From Eledone cirrhosa (Eukaryota): DNA of 64,000 bases. Where the stretch lies: NCBI GenBank assembly GCA_964016885.1, contig OZ024742.1, positions 33,914,001-33,978,000 on the forward strand. Direction: 5' to 3'. The position numbers and the translations under genes were made by a program. The notes below the pieces were generated by a model, which worked only from the letters and a program-made list of their open reading frames with translations, was not told the origin of the DNA and did not search any database. Of this stretch, positions 29,501-40,800 are shown one piece after another; position 1 is the first letter of the stretch, and the number at the start of each line of letters is the position of its first letter.

Positions 29501-30427
29501 CACATACATACATACATATATATGTATGTATGTGAATTTCGTAAATCTAATTATATACGGTATGTTTAATAAATAAATATTTTGAAATACCAGTTATGAA
29601 TTGAAAGGCTGACGGCCAGTGACGTCTAGCGGACTCAAGCAGAAGCCGCGAAAGATAACTCAGTGCTTCCCCTTTCTCTCTGCTGGAACTTGAAACTGAC
29701 GAAAATATATAGCTTTTTCGCCTGTGTATGTGGGCTGATTAGCATCATTTGCATATAAATCTGTATAAGTTGGCTCAACTTAAAAAGTAGAATTAAAATT
29801 TAGCTTCGGCAAAGATATTAATTACCGACACTATTGTATACATGGTGGAGCACTCTACAAAGTACACAAGTGGGTTTGTTTTCTCCGGATTATAATCATG
29901 AAGTAGATGCCAACAGGTTAAATTTCATTTCATTTAATCATAATCGCTGTTATATATATTTCAGTGATAACCGTTATTCAACAGTTATGACCTCATCAGA
30001 CAGCTAGAAGTTGAACAGAATAAAAGAACAAAAAACGAAGAAATAAAAATTACTCCTGTTGTTTCGATTCATTGATATTCCACGGGTTCATATTTAGTGT
30101 TACTTACTCAAAACACCGGTGACTTATGACTTAGAATAAATAGCCTCACAGCATCAACAATAGGGTATAGAAGGCCACTATCTATTGGTCAGAGGTAGTT
30201 TCACCACAATACCATCAAATCAATGTGAATTCCCTAGTGGCACCATTGTTTGAAATTTGCTGTCTACTTGTTCAGGAACCAGGTCAATCAATAGCGATGG
30301 ACCTTGTAGATATGTTGGTGAGTCAGATGGAATTGTTTTCAGCACCAAGGATAACAGACTGCAATGATGATACCTTAGTTAGTTAGGAGTGGAGGTTCGC
30401 GTCCCTTTCACCGTGGTAGTAGTTGTG

Positions 30428-30575
30428 GTAGTATAATGATAATATAATAATTGTTTCTACTTTTGGCACAAGGCCAGCAATTATCTCAGTGCATTACTGG
30501 TACTTTATTTTTTCGACCCCGCAAGGATGAAAGGCAAAGTTAATCTCGGTGGGATTTGAACTCAGACCGTAAAGA
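30428..30575 (-). mobile_element. MetaSINE-type SINE
   Basis: Family core. Confidence 0.7.
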
Positions 30576-30943
30576 GCAGTAGTGATATTATAATAATATA
30601 ATATACTAACCAGTATGTAGAATTAGTCGAGAATTATGGTAGACATATATGAATGATAAACCAAATGAGGTTGGAGATGGATGACCATTTAATAAACAAG
30701 TAATACCTTACAAAGTAAATGGTACAGAAGTAGAAACAAGAACAAAAATATTAGATTATGCCAACGTCTAATATCTCTCACAAAATTGATAGTCGTATAG
30801 AGATATAGAATATGCTAAGAAGTATATAAGATTTATATTTGAGAGAAGGAAATGAGGAAATGGGGGAATTCCAAAGAAAGTAGTGAGGCAAGGCGTGAGT
30901 CCGACCGTGATGTTAGTGTGGCCCTGGGATGTATTCAGAGATT

Positions 30944-31194
30944 GTGTGTGTGACAGCTCACACCTATACAGGTTTAGCTGGCCTCCTCCAAGGTATATCT
31001 TGTTGGAGGTGTCTTGGGTAATTTAATGATAGGGACCCCAGTCCTATCATCTCATTTTACAGCTGAGTAAACTGGAGTAATGTGAAATAAAGTGTCTTGT
31101 TCAAGGAAACAACACATCACCCGGTCCGAGAATTGAACTCACAACCTTTCGATTGCAAGCCCAATGCTCTAACCACTAACCCATGCGCCTTCAC
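30944..31194 (-). mobile_element. tRNA-derived SINE with a 12-bp target-site duplication
   Basis: TATTCAGAGATT at 30932-30943 and 31195-31206; head matches the 17156 copy. Confidence 0.8.
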
Positions 31195-31317
31195 TATTCA
31201 GAGATTAATAAAGACAAAATGAGATAGAAACAGGAGGTGGAGGTGGTACACCTCGAACCTCTTGAGGCAGGGTTACTAACCATATAGCTTGAGGAACGTT
31301 CACGTCCTTAGGTGTCG

Positions 31318-31554
31318 TTAAGCACCAAAGAAATCGGCCTTTATATTGATTACTTGTATTCCACCTATGTGTATCTCAGGGGCCTCACTCAGACAGAGAC
31401 TGCAAATGCCTGATCCACCCCTGCTGATTATGTCATATTTACTTGTGACTCTTTGGGGGGGATTCAATATTTCCTCTCTTCCACAAGTCGTTTCATAATT
31501 GAGGAAGGAAGCTTTATTTCGGCGAATAGTCTTATGTATATAACAGAAACACAC
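31318..31554 (-). pseudogene. Decayed Penelope-like GIY-YIG C-terminal fragment
   Basis: KYDIISRGGSGICSLCLSE resembles the PLE W.I....CxLCxxE motif. Confidence 0.4.
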
Positions 31555-32297
31555 AGAGTAATATATTGGATGGATTGCTTGTATATGTGTGTATATGTGT
31601 ATATGTCCTCGATCTCACTAATCTTATACATGCATTTATGCCTCTATATATTTCTATATGTATATGAGTGCGTGCGTACGTGTTTCATGATATATCTGTT
31701 TATGTGTGTTATATGTTTGTGTGTCTGTATGTACGGTATGTGTCTGTATGTATGTGTATAAGTGTTTGTTTGTTTGTCTGTCTGCGTGCGTGTGTGTGTT
31801 TGTGTTGTTGTGTGTGTGTCTGTGTGAGAGAGAGAGTGTGTGTGTATGTATGAGAGAGAGAGAGAGTGTGTGTGAGAGAGAGAGTGTGCGTGTGTGTGTG
31901 TGTGAGAGAGAGTGTGTGTGTGTGTGTGAGAGAGATAGAGAAAGTGTGTGTTTCTATGGAATAAATACTATTTAGAGAAGAGTCGTTGCTTTAGTGTGGT
32001 CAAGTAGATTAAGTTACTGAGACGTATTAAGGCAGCGGATAAAGTTATGTAAAGTCATTGGAGTGGAATATAACGGGACGATGGGTTATGTCACAAACTA
32101 TAGACAATCAATTGACTTTGTAGTGTAAGGAAATAATTTGAAAAACAAAGAAAAAATTATAATAGATAAGTAAATAAATAAATAAAACACGAAATGGCGT
32201 ACGAAAGAAAGAAGAAGGAAGAAAGAGAGGGAGAGAGAGAGGTATATATATATATATGGAGAGAGAAGGAGGGATGGCGAGATAGATAGATACAGTG

Positions 32298-32328
<31 letters not shown>

Positions 32329-32338
32329 AACACACATA

Positions 32339-32370
<32 letters not shown>

Positions 32371-32375
32371 CACAA

Positions 32376-32419
<44 letters not shown>

Positions 32420-32423
<4 letters not shown>

Positions 32424-32622
32424 CGAAGGAAATGTGGTAAGGAACCAGGTGGACCATAACGCACCAAAGTACTCAATACTTAGGGTAGTAGAGTGGGTAA
32501 TGGGAACGAGTAGGACCCCGACGGCTGAGCTCAAGCCGTTTCGACGGCTAATTCTGGACTGAATTAGTCCAGAATTAGCCGTCGAAACGGCTTGAGCTCA
32601 GCCGTCGGGGTCTTACTCGTTC

Positions 32623-32626
<4 letters not shown>
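32420..32626. mobile_element. Palindromic fold-back element, family copy 2
   Basis: Arms 32500-32560/32566-32626; each arm holds the 3' half of an HHR: GAAA-CGGCU(UGAGCUC)AGCCG-UC|GGGGUC. Confidence 0.75.
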
Positions 32627-32701
<75 letters not shown>

Positions 32702-33085
32702 AGACGGAAGTGATGTCAATCTTTCTGCTGTATTATCATTCACCTACATATTTCAGTTCTTAAAATGTACTCACCAGTATTTCGGTTCAATGGGGAGATC
32801 ATTTTTCCACCTTATGCTAACGCCAGTAGAATAAACACTGAGGGAAATGTACTCATCAACAAGATTTTGCACTTACCAATGAAACGGTCGTAAATACCTG
32901 GATAAAATCCTTCTCTTAATGCTTACCTGTGTTTTCTCTTTTATACTTTATACTCCAAGATTGAACGGAATTCTTACAAACTTGTGGAGTTACCCCTAAC
33001 TGTACGTTGAAACAGTCCATGAAACTAGCTTTCTTAACCACGAACTGGATCACAATAAGCAATTTTCTGCTTCCCTAACTATATA

Positions 33086-33117
<32 letters not shown>

Positions 33118-33134
33118 AATAAATTTGAAGACTA

Positions 33135-33233
<99 letters not shown>

Positions 33234-33488
33234 GTATGTATATCTATATATATATACATATATTTATAATTAAGTTAAAAGTGTACATCTACATATGTAT
33301 ACTGAAATACTAGTATGCATATAAATACACACATGTATACATATGTACATGTACTGAGTTTTTAACTGGACACTTTACTGTGAGTGTCCAGCTAGTCTGT
33401 ATGTAACCAAACAGACAAACCGGGTTTTAGAGTCATACGGGTTTTCAAGGAAACACATTTCCTCTATTCTCCAGAGAGCCAGACAGGA

Positions 33489-33531
33489 ATATTGGACTAG
33501 TTTCGATGTTATTACATCTCATCAGCAATAT
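33489..33531 (-). ncRNA. Canonical minimal type I hammerhead ribozyme
   Basis: AUAUUG-CUGAUGA-GAUGU(AAUA)ACAUC-GAAA-C(UA)G-UC|CAAUAU. Full core, perfect stems I and II, palindromic ACUAGU stem III. Confidence 0.9.
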
Positions 33532-33959
33532 ATACCCATCATCCGGCTTCTCTAGAGAATCGTAAAAGCACATATCGTTATATGCTTTTTCTATGAAAAT
33601 TAGTAGTGGGCAGACTAATTTGCATAGAACGTGAGTCATTGTACGCACCGGTTCAGCGGAAACGATAAAAACAAATAACGAAACGAAATTAAATTTCGTT
33701 TCGCTTCTAACTCACTTTTGTATGACTGACGCTTAAACAATTAAGTTAAAAGTGTACATCTACATATGTATACTGAAATACTAGTATGCATATAAATACA
33801 CACATGTATACATATGTACATGTACTGAGTTTTTAACTGGACACTTTACTGTGAGTGTCCAGCTAGTCTGTATGTAACCAAACAGACAAACCGGGTTTTA
33901 GAGTCATACGGGTTTTCAAGGAAACACATTTCCTCTATTCTCCAGAGAGCCAGACAGGA

Positions 33960-34002
33960 ATATTGGACTAGTTTCGATGTTATTACATCTCATCAGCAAT
34001 AT
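33960..34002 (-). ncRNA. Canonical minimal type I hammerhead ribozyme (second unit)
   Basis: Identical to 33489-33531. Confidence 0.9.
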
Positions 34003-34473
34003 ATACCCATCATCCGGCTTCTCTAGAGAATCGTAAAAGCACATATCGTTATATGCTTTTTCTATGAAAATTAGTAGTGGGCAGACTAATTTGCATAGAA
34101 CGTGAGTCATTGTACGCACCGGTTCAGCGGAAACGATAAAAACAAATAACGAAACGAAATTAAATTTCGTTTCGCTTCTAACTCACTTTTGTATGACTGA
34201 CGCTTAAACAATTAAGTTAAAAGTGTACATCTACATATGTATACTGAAATACTAGTATGCATATAAATACACACATGTATACATATGTACATGTACTGAG
34301 TTTTTAACTGGACACTTTACTGTGAGTGTCCAGCTAGTCTGTATGTAACCAAACAGACAAACTGGGTTTTAGAGTTATACGGGTTTTCAAGGAAACACAT
34401 TTCCTCTATTCTCCAGAGAGCCAGACAGGAATATTTTTTTTCATATATTTATATATATACATATATGTATATA

Positions 34474-34571
<98 letters not shown>

Positions 34572-34677
34572 CTTTTCAATAATGTCACTTTGACGAATCA
34601 AAAAAGAAAAACAGACCCTTAAATATATTTCCCGTGCTATTTCCAACTTCATCTTTTCTCCCTCCTCTCTCTCTCTC

Positions 34678-34796
<119 letters not shown>

Positions 34797-35099
34797 TAAA
34801 AGGTAAACAGAAATAACAACATAATCAGTACAGAATATATTAGGTTAACAATTGAAAGAGCAGGAAGAGGTTCTTAACGTTTGGGAGGCCAGTACTTCAT
34901 AAGAAAAAAGAATGAGAAAAAAAGTAGATTGAAGGGATGGGTGGTATGGAATTGGAAAAAATGTTTTTAGATAAAAATAACAGATCCATTCATGTTGACA
35001 TCTCTTGGAAAACTGTTGATGCTGGCATTTTGTGCATGATATATTTTTTTAGAAACGTGGATGATGGAGCACGTCTACCTGAAACTTTGACCTTAATTT

Positions 35100-35395
35100 C
35101 AGTTAACTTATACCCACTCACTAGTATATGAGTCGTCGATAAAAACCTCCGACAGAGTTGAACAATACACAGTACCATGAAAACTTGTAAATGTCATTAT
35201 TACCATATTACCAGTATGTACAGTTTTTTCATATCAAGAGACAGCCTTGGATCAAATTGTCTAGAAACTCGTGGGTCATGAATCATGACATGAACTATCA
35301 TCGACAAAGGCAGTCCATACTGCAAAAGATCTAGACCCTTCAAGCTATGCTTAATTGAAAAGATACAAATATTAAAACAGTTCGCAATAACATTT
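35100..35395 (+). pseudogene. Decayed Penelope-like GIY-YIG fragment
   Basis: T*TIIDKGSPYCKRSRPFKLCLIEKIQILK resembles WDILSSASAYRSGLKYCRLCNLELFYILK of the 58.8-kb PLE. Confidence 0.5.
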
Positions 35396-35492
35396 AGTTA
35401 GAGTTCCGATTCATTGTCCGGTTGTCATCGGTTTCAGGACACAAACAAACAAAACTTGTCTGTAAACAGTGTTGAAACCACGACAGACATAT

Positions 35493-35840
<348 letters not shown>

Positions 35841-35852
35841 ATTATTATTACT

Positions 35853-36034
35853 TTGGCAGTATCGGCAGAGGGCCGGACGCCATGCTTTGACGCATAGAGT
35901 TACGGCCCTTGCCATTCTGAATTCAAATCTCGTCGAGGTTAACTTTGCCTCTCATCCTTACGGGGTCGATAAAATAAAGTACCAGTAATACACTAGGTAT
36001 TTGCTGGCCTTGTGCCAAAAGCAGAAACAATTAT

Positions 36035-36035
<1 letters not shown>
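35853..36035 (+). mobile_element. MetaSINE-type SINE
   Basis: Family core. Confidence 0.75.
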
Positions 36036-36072
<37 letters not shown>

Positions 36073-36215
36073 ATACTTTGGGAGGGTCATGTTGCCAATA
36101 AGAAACACACGCACCAGTTGTTTCACTTCAATTTATTATAATAAATTTATAATAAATTTATAAATTTATAAATTTCTGGTTGGTTGGTTCCACAACCAGA
36201 TAGTTGTTTATATAT

Positions 36216-36260
36216 AGTCATAGTTCTTTCGTCACACACTCTGTGACCTCTTCAGTGACT
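36216..36260 (-). ncRNA. pLTR hammerhead ribozyme
   Basis: AGUCA-CUGAAGA-G-GUCAC(AGAGUGU)GUGAC-GAAA-G(AA)C-UA|UGACU. Confidence 0.75.
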
Positions 36261-36460
36261 GGGGATTCCTTTCTTTGTTTCTGTGCCTCTCCTTTGTTCT
36301 GTCCTACGCCATTTTGTTTCTGTGTGTGTGTTGTGTTCTCAGTCTGCGCATGCGCCACATCCGGGTGTCTGTGTGTGTTTATGTTCATTTATTTATTTGT
36401 TTATTTACATGTTACTGGTTGGTTGTTTGTTCTATGTGTGTGTGTGTTTTCATTTTGTCC

Positions 36461-38158
36461 TTAATTGTAAGTTGTGATGTTGCTGTTCCACTCATATTTT
36501 CTATTTAATTTTGGTTGTAATTCTTTTATGTTTATTGCCTCTGTAATTTGTCTAAACATTGCGTCTTTTCTGTGTGTAGATTCTATTTTTATTTCTATGT
36601 TCTCTAATTTATTCTTGTGTTCTATTTTAGCATGTTGGTAGAGTACAGATGATTCTTTATTATCTTGAAGGTCTCGCCAGTGTTCATTTATCCGTTCCCC
36701 TACACTACGAGCTGTCTCACCTATGTACACTATATTTTTGTCTCTACATTGTCCTTCAGTATATCTTATGCTATACACTACATTTTTAGTTTTACAGTTA
36801 ATATGGGGGCTTAATTTACAGGTTATACATTTCTTATCTATACATGAGGGTCTTTGAAAAGGGTATGTCTTGCTAATAAGTGTTTTTACGGAGGTACCTG
36901 GTCTTTCTACTATCTTAATATTGAGTTTATGTTTATTTAGGGCCCTTCTAAATTTGTAAGCTAATTCACCTCTAGGGGTTGTATCGATGAACATTACAGT
37001 CTGGTATTTATTGCTATCATACCATGAGTTTATTCTATTAGCCTTGTTCCTAGTTCTTTCTATTCTATTCCAAAATTTGCTCCTATACAAGGGGCAGGTC
37101 CCATTTATGTCATTATTTACCATTTTTTCCCATTTGGTTCTGGCTCCTCTATACACTCTGATTTTATCTCTCTGATTGTAGCCAGAGAACTGCATACGGT
37201 GGATGAAGTGTTGTATGTGTCTCTCTAGTTCTTCGGGGTTGCACATGCGGGACACATTTCTCATCACCCGTACCAAATCCGCAATCAGTATGTTGATTTT
37301 GGTATGGTCCGAAACGGCCGAGTTTCGGTAGATCAGATGTTTGGAAGTCATGGGTTTGGCATAATGGGAATGGAGGATTTGTTTTTTGTTGTTAATGGTA
37401 TCTAACCAGAGCTCTGTGTCTAGTACAGATAATCGATGGTTGGGGTGTTTACTTGGGTAGTCTATAGTAACTCTAATGCTCTGGTGGATGGAGTTTGCTA
37501 TTTGCTGGATGCTTTCCATTGTGTTTTTCTCTAGTTCCTGACTGTTCTCTAGTGGGGGTGTCTTAACTACGATGTTTATATCATCTACGTAGCGGGAGTA
37601 CATTATCAGGGTTAAGGGGTCTTCTAATTGTTCTTTAAGTTTAAGTTTAAGTCTACTGTCCCACCATACCATGAATAAGTTAGCTATGTCGCCTGCAATG
37701 CTAACACCAATGGCTGCTCCTTCCTCTTGGGCATATGTTTTTCCATTAAATTTGAACATATGTTCCTTAAGGGTTAGTTTTATGCTGGCCCCTACCGCAT
37801 GTGCAATCATTTTATTCAGTTCATCGTGGTTTTCGGGTGTCCGTATGGCTCTGGTCCACCCGTTCCATCTATCTGTGTGGGTTTTCTTGGCCATTGAGGT
37901 AATGGTAGGTGGTCTGCCTCTTGCTGGTCTTGTAGGGCACAGGTTGCTAAGGTCATATGTGTCTAGGTAATTATTACTATAGGCAAGCTTAAGTAGGAGT
38001 CCCAGCTCATTGGTATCAATCCCACGGAACTCAATCTTGCTCTCACTGATCATTGCTACGCATTTCTCCACAGCAAAATCCACGTCAATAGATGGATACA
38101 GGGACACAACATCCATACTGCCTATTATGCAGTTTCTTAGGTCCCCAGATCGGTTACT
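36461..38158 (-). CDS. PLE reverse transcriptase + GIY-YIG endonuclease (N-terminally truncated)
   Basis: SMDVVSLYPSI, GAAIG, YSRYVDD, HYAKP, NVVY...YIGETAR...RINEH, EA..I...LN motifs. Confidence 0.85.
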   Translation of the reverse strand, partial: SNRSGDLRNCIIGSMDVVSLYPSIDVDFAVEKCVAMISESKIEFRGIDTNELGLLLKLAYSNNYLDTYDLSNLCPTRPARGRPPTITSMAKKTHTDRWNGWTRAIRTPENHDELNKMIAHAVGASIKLTLKEHMFKFNGKTYAQEEGAAIGVSIAGDIANLFMVWWDSRLKLKLKEQLEDPLTLIMYSRYVDDINIVVKTPPLENSQELEKNTMESIQQIANSIHQSIRVTIDYPSKHPNHRLSVLDTELWLDTINNKKQILHSHYAKPMTSKHLIYRNSAVSDHTKINILIADLVRVMRNVSRMCNPEELERHIQHFIHRMQFSGYNQRDKIRVYRGARTKWEKMVNNDINGTCPLYRSKFWNRIERTRNKANRINSWYDSNKYQTVMFIDTTPRGELAYKFRRALNKHKLNIKIVERPGTSVKTLISKTYPFQRPSCIDKKCITCKLSPHINCKTKNVVYSIRYTEGQCRDKNIVYIGETARSVGERINEHWRDLQDNKESSVLYQHAKIEHKNKLENIEIKIESTHRKDAMFRQITEAINIKELQPKLNRKYEWNSNITTYN

Positions 38159-38780
38159 CACTTATTAGCAAGACATACCCTTTTCAAAGACCCTCATGTA
38201 TAGATAAGAAATGTATAACCTGTAAAATAAGCCCCCATATTAACTGTAAAACTAGAAATGTAGTGTATAGCATAAGATGTACTGAAGGACAATGTAGAGA
38301 CAAAAATATAGTGTACATAGGTGAGACAGCTCGTAGTGTAGGGGAACGGATAAATGAACACTGGCGAGACCTTCAAGATAATAAAGAATCATCTGTACTC
38401 TACCAACATGCTAAAATAGAACACAAGAATAAATTAGAGAACATAGAAATAAAAATAGAATCTACACACAGAAAAGACGCAATGTTTAGACAAATTACAG
38501 AGGCAATAAACATAAAAGAATTACAACCAAAATTAAATAGAAAATATGAGTGGAACAGCAACATCACAACTTACAATTAAGGACAAAATGAAAACACACA
38601 CACACATAGAACAAACAACCAACCAGTAACATGTAAATAAACAAATAAATAAATGAACATAAACACACACAGACACCCGGATGTGGCGCATGCGCAGACT
38701 GAGAACACAACACACACACAGAAACAAAATGGCGTAGGACAGAACAAAGGAGAGGCACAGAAACAAAGAAAGGAATCCCC

Positions 38781-38825
38781 AGTCACTGAAGAGGTCACAG
38801 AGTGTGTGACGAAAGAACTATGACT
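38781..38825 (+). ncRNA. pLTR hammerhead ribozyme (inverted copy)
   Basis: Identical to 36216-36260. Confidence 0.75.
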
Positions 38826-39022
38826 ATATATAAACAACTATCTGGTTGTGGAACCAACCAACCAACCAGAAATTTATAAATTTATAAATTTATTATAATA
38901 AATTGAAGTGAAAGCAACTGGTGCGTGTGTTTCTTATTGGCAACATGACCCTCCCAAAGTATAACAATATCGGTTTCAACACACGATTTCAGATAAAGAA
39001 TCTTGCTAAACAAATTCAGAAA

Positions 39023-39107
<85 letters not shown>

Positions 39108-39953
39108 TATATATATATATATATAGAGAGAGAGATATTAGGAATAAAAGCAAAATAAAAACGTCATTTAATTTGTCCTGTAAAACCTCAATGGAAGTAA
39201 GATTCGAAAGAACCCACTCCAGATTTCACTTTTACAAGAATATTACAGAAAACAAAATAATTATATAATGTAATACATATAACAGGTATAAAGCAATCAG
39301 AATATAAAAAAATATTAATTACATTACTAAACTAATCCTATAGAGATATTTCAAATCTGAAAGAAAAAAATCTATATATCTATTCTCCTTCAATTTCGAT
39401 CTATAGGGATTTCCAAACAGTTTTCATCAGACCAATTTCACTGACAATGTAATTAATAGTCCATAGACTATAATACAAGGCATTAATTCAAGGTTCTACG
39501 CACTGGAATATAATCCCAAACCACTTCGTTGCGAAGCGAACTTTTTAATCACAGTCATATCTGTGCCAATGTATGTGATCCCTGAAAAGTTGACATTTCA
39601 ATAGAGATAAACTTAATTTCCTGTATAGAGCTGGTAAAATACCGAATCGATTGGAATCTGAAATTTTCTTTCCATTTGAAAATTATTCAAATAGAGAAGA
39701 AACAATGGGAAATCACAGGAAAGAAAAAGGTCGCCGGAAAACATCATTAACTTATAGTATCTGAATATAGGGTTTTGAGGAAACTTTTGAATACAAGATC
39801 GTGTTAACTCCTTATTCCCGCTTACACGTTCACATACACATTCACTTGCTCTCTACATCTCTACGTCACACACACACACACATATATATGTATATCTATT
39901 CTCTCTCTCTTTTTCTCTCCGTCTCTTTCCCTTTCTATATACTTGCATATATA

Positions 39954-40010
<57 letters not shown>

Positions 40011-40042
40011 GTGCGTGTGTACTTATATTTTATTTTAAGAAA

Positions 40043-40800
40043 TTCTTCTTCTTCTTCTTCTTCTTCTTCTTCTTCTTCTTCTTCTTCTTCTTCTTCTTCT
40101 TCTTCTTCTTCTTCTTCTTCTACGCCCCCTTATTCCTGTGAGGGCCGTGGTGACAGAGACCCCAAATACTCCTTCCGGCGGGTCCTGTCAGAAGCAAACG
40201 TCTCCAACTGATTTAGCTGGATCGCCAACCGAAATTAACGAAGCTCATAGATATTAACCAACCATCTTGCTCAGCGTCTACCCCTGGGTCTCCTGCCGGT
40301 TGGTTTTTCCACATGTCCATAGAATCGGAGCTGTGATTTTTCAATTCGGAGACGGGCGGCTCTACCTGGAGTGACTCTGATCCCCAAGATATGTACCCTA
40401 TCGAGTAATGTTACTCCAAAGACCCTTCGGAGGAATCCCATTTAGGCTGCCTGTATTTTCGATCATATTCTTTCGGTCCTAAGATTCATCACGACGGGTA
40501 ATGGTTGACACGAATACTGAATTGAAGACAGCGAGTTTGGCTTTTACACCTACTCCCCTTCTTCTGATTACCGAATACTGAAGCTGGTAAATTACTGCAT
40601 CAGCTCCTGTCATTTTGCACTTAATTCAACCTCCTGCCTTCCATCCCTTGTGAACACGGCCTCGAGACACTTGAACGTCTTCACCTGCTTCAGTGGAAGT
40701 CCATTCCCATGTACAGTGCACCGCGTAGGTTTCTTTGAGAGGACGAATGTCTCAGTTTTCGTATCACTGATGTTCATTCCATCCATGCAGCACACTCTGG
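40043..40800 (-). mobile_element. 5'-truncated, decayed RTE-clade (Rex3/Expander-like) LINE with an (AAG)n tail
   Basis: GMNIS..KTE..VL...LKQV..FK.L..VFT.DG motif; (TTC)n at 40043-40120 forms the 3' tail. Confidence 0.75.

Larger units (their letters stand above)
33268..34435 (-). mobile_element. Retrozyme-like tandem array, 471-bp unit x ~2.5
   Basis: Near-identical units starting at 33268, 33739 and 34210; one HHR per full unit; (TA)n flanks. Confidence 0.85.
36064..39025. mobile_element. Penelope-like element, 5'-truncated, with an inverted duplication of its 3' end
   Basis: RT + GIY-YIG ORF; ~815-bp inverted arms 36064-36882 and 38159-38970; HHR in each arm; inserted in (TA)n. Confidence 0.9.

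Noticed and set aside
33445-34119. Duplicated 67-aa ORF in the 471-bp unit
   Set aside because: Non-ATG start, runs through the HHR, and has no counterpart in the homologous 515-bp unit.
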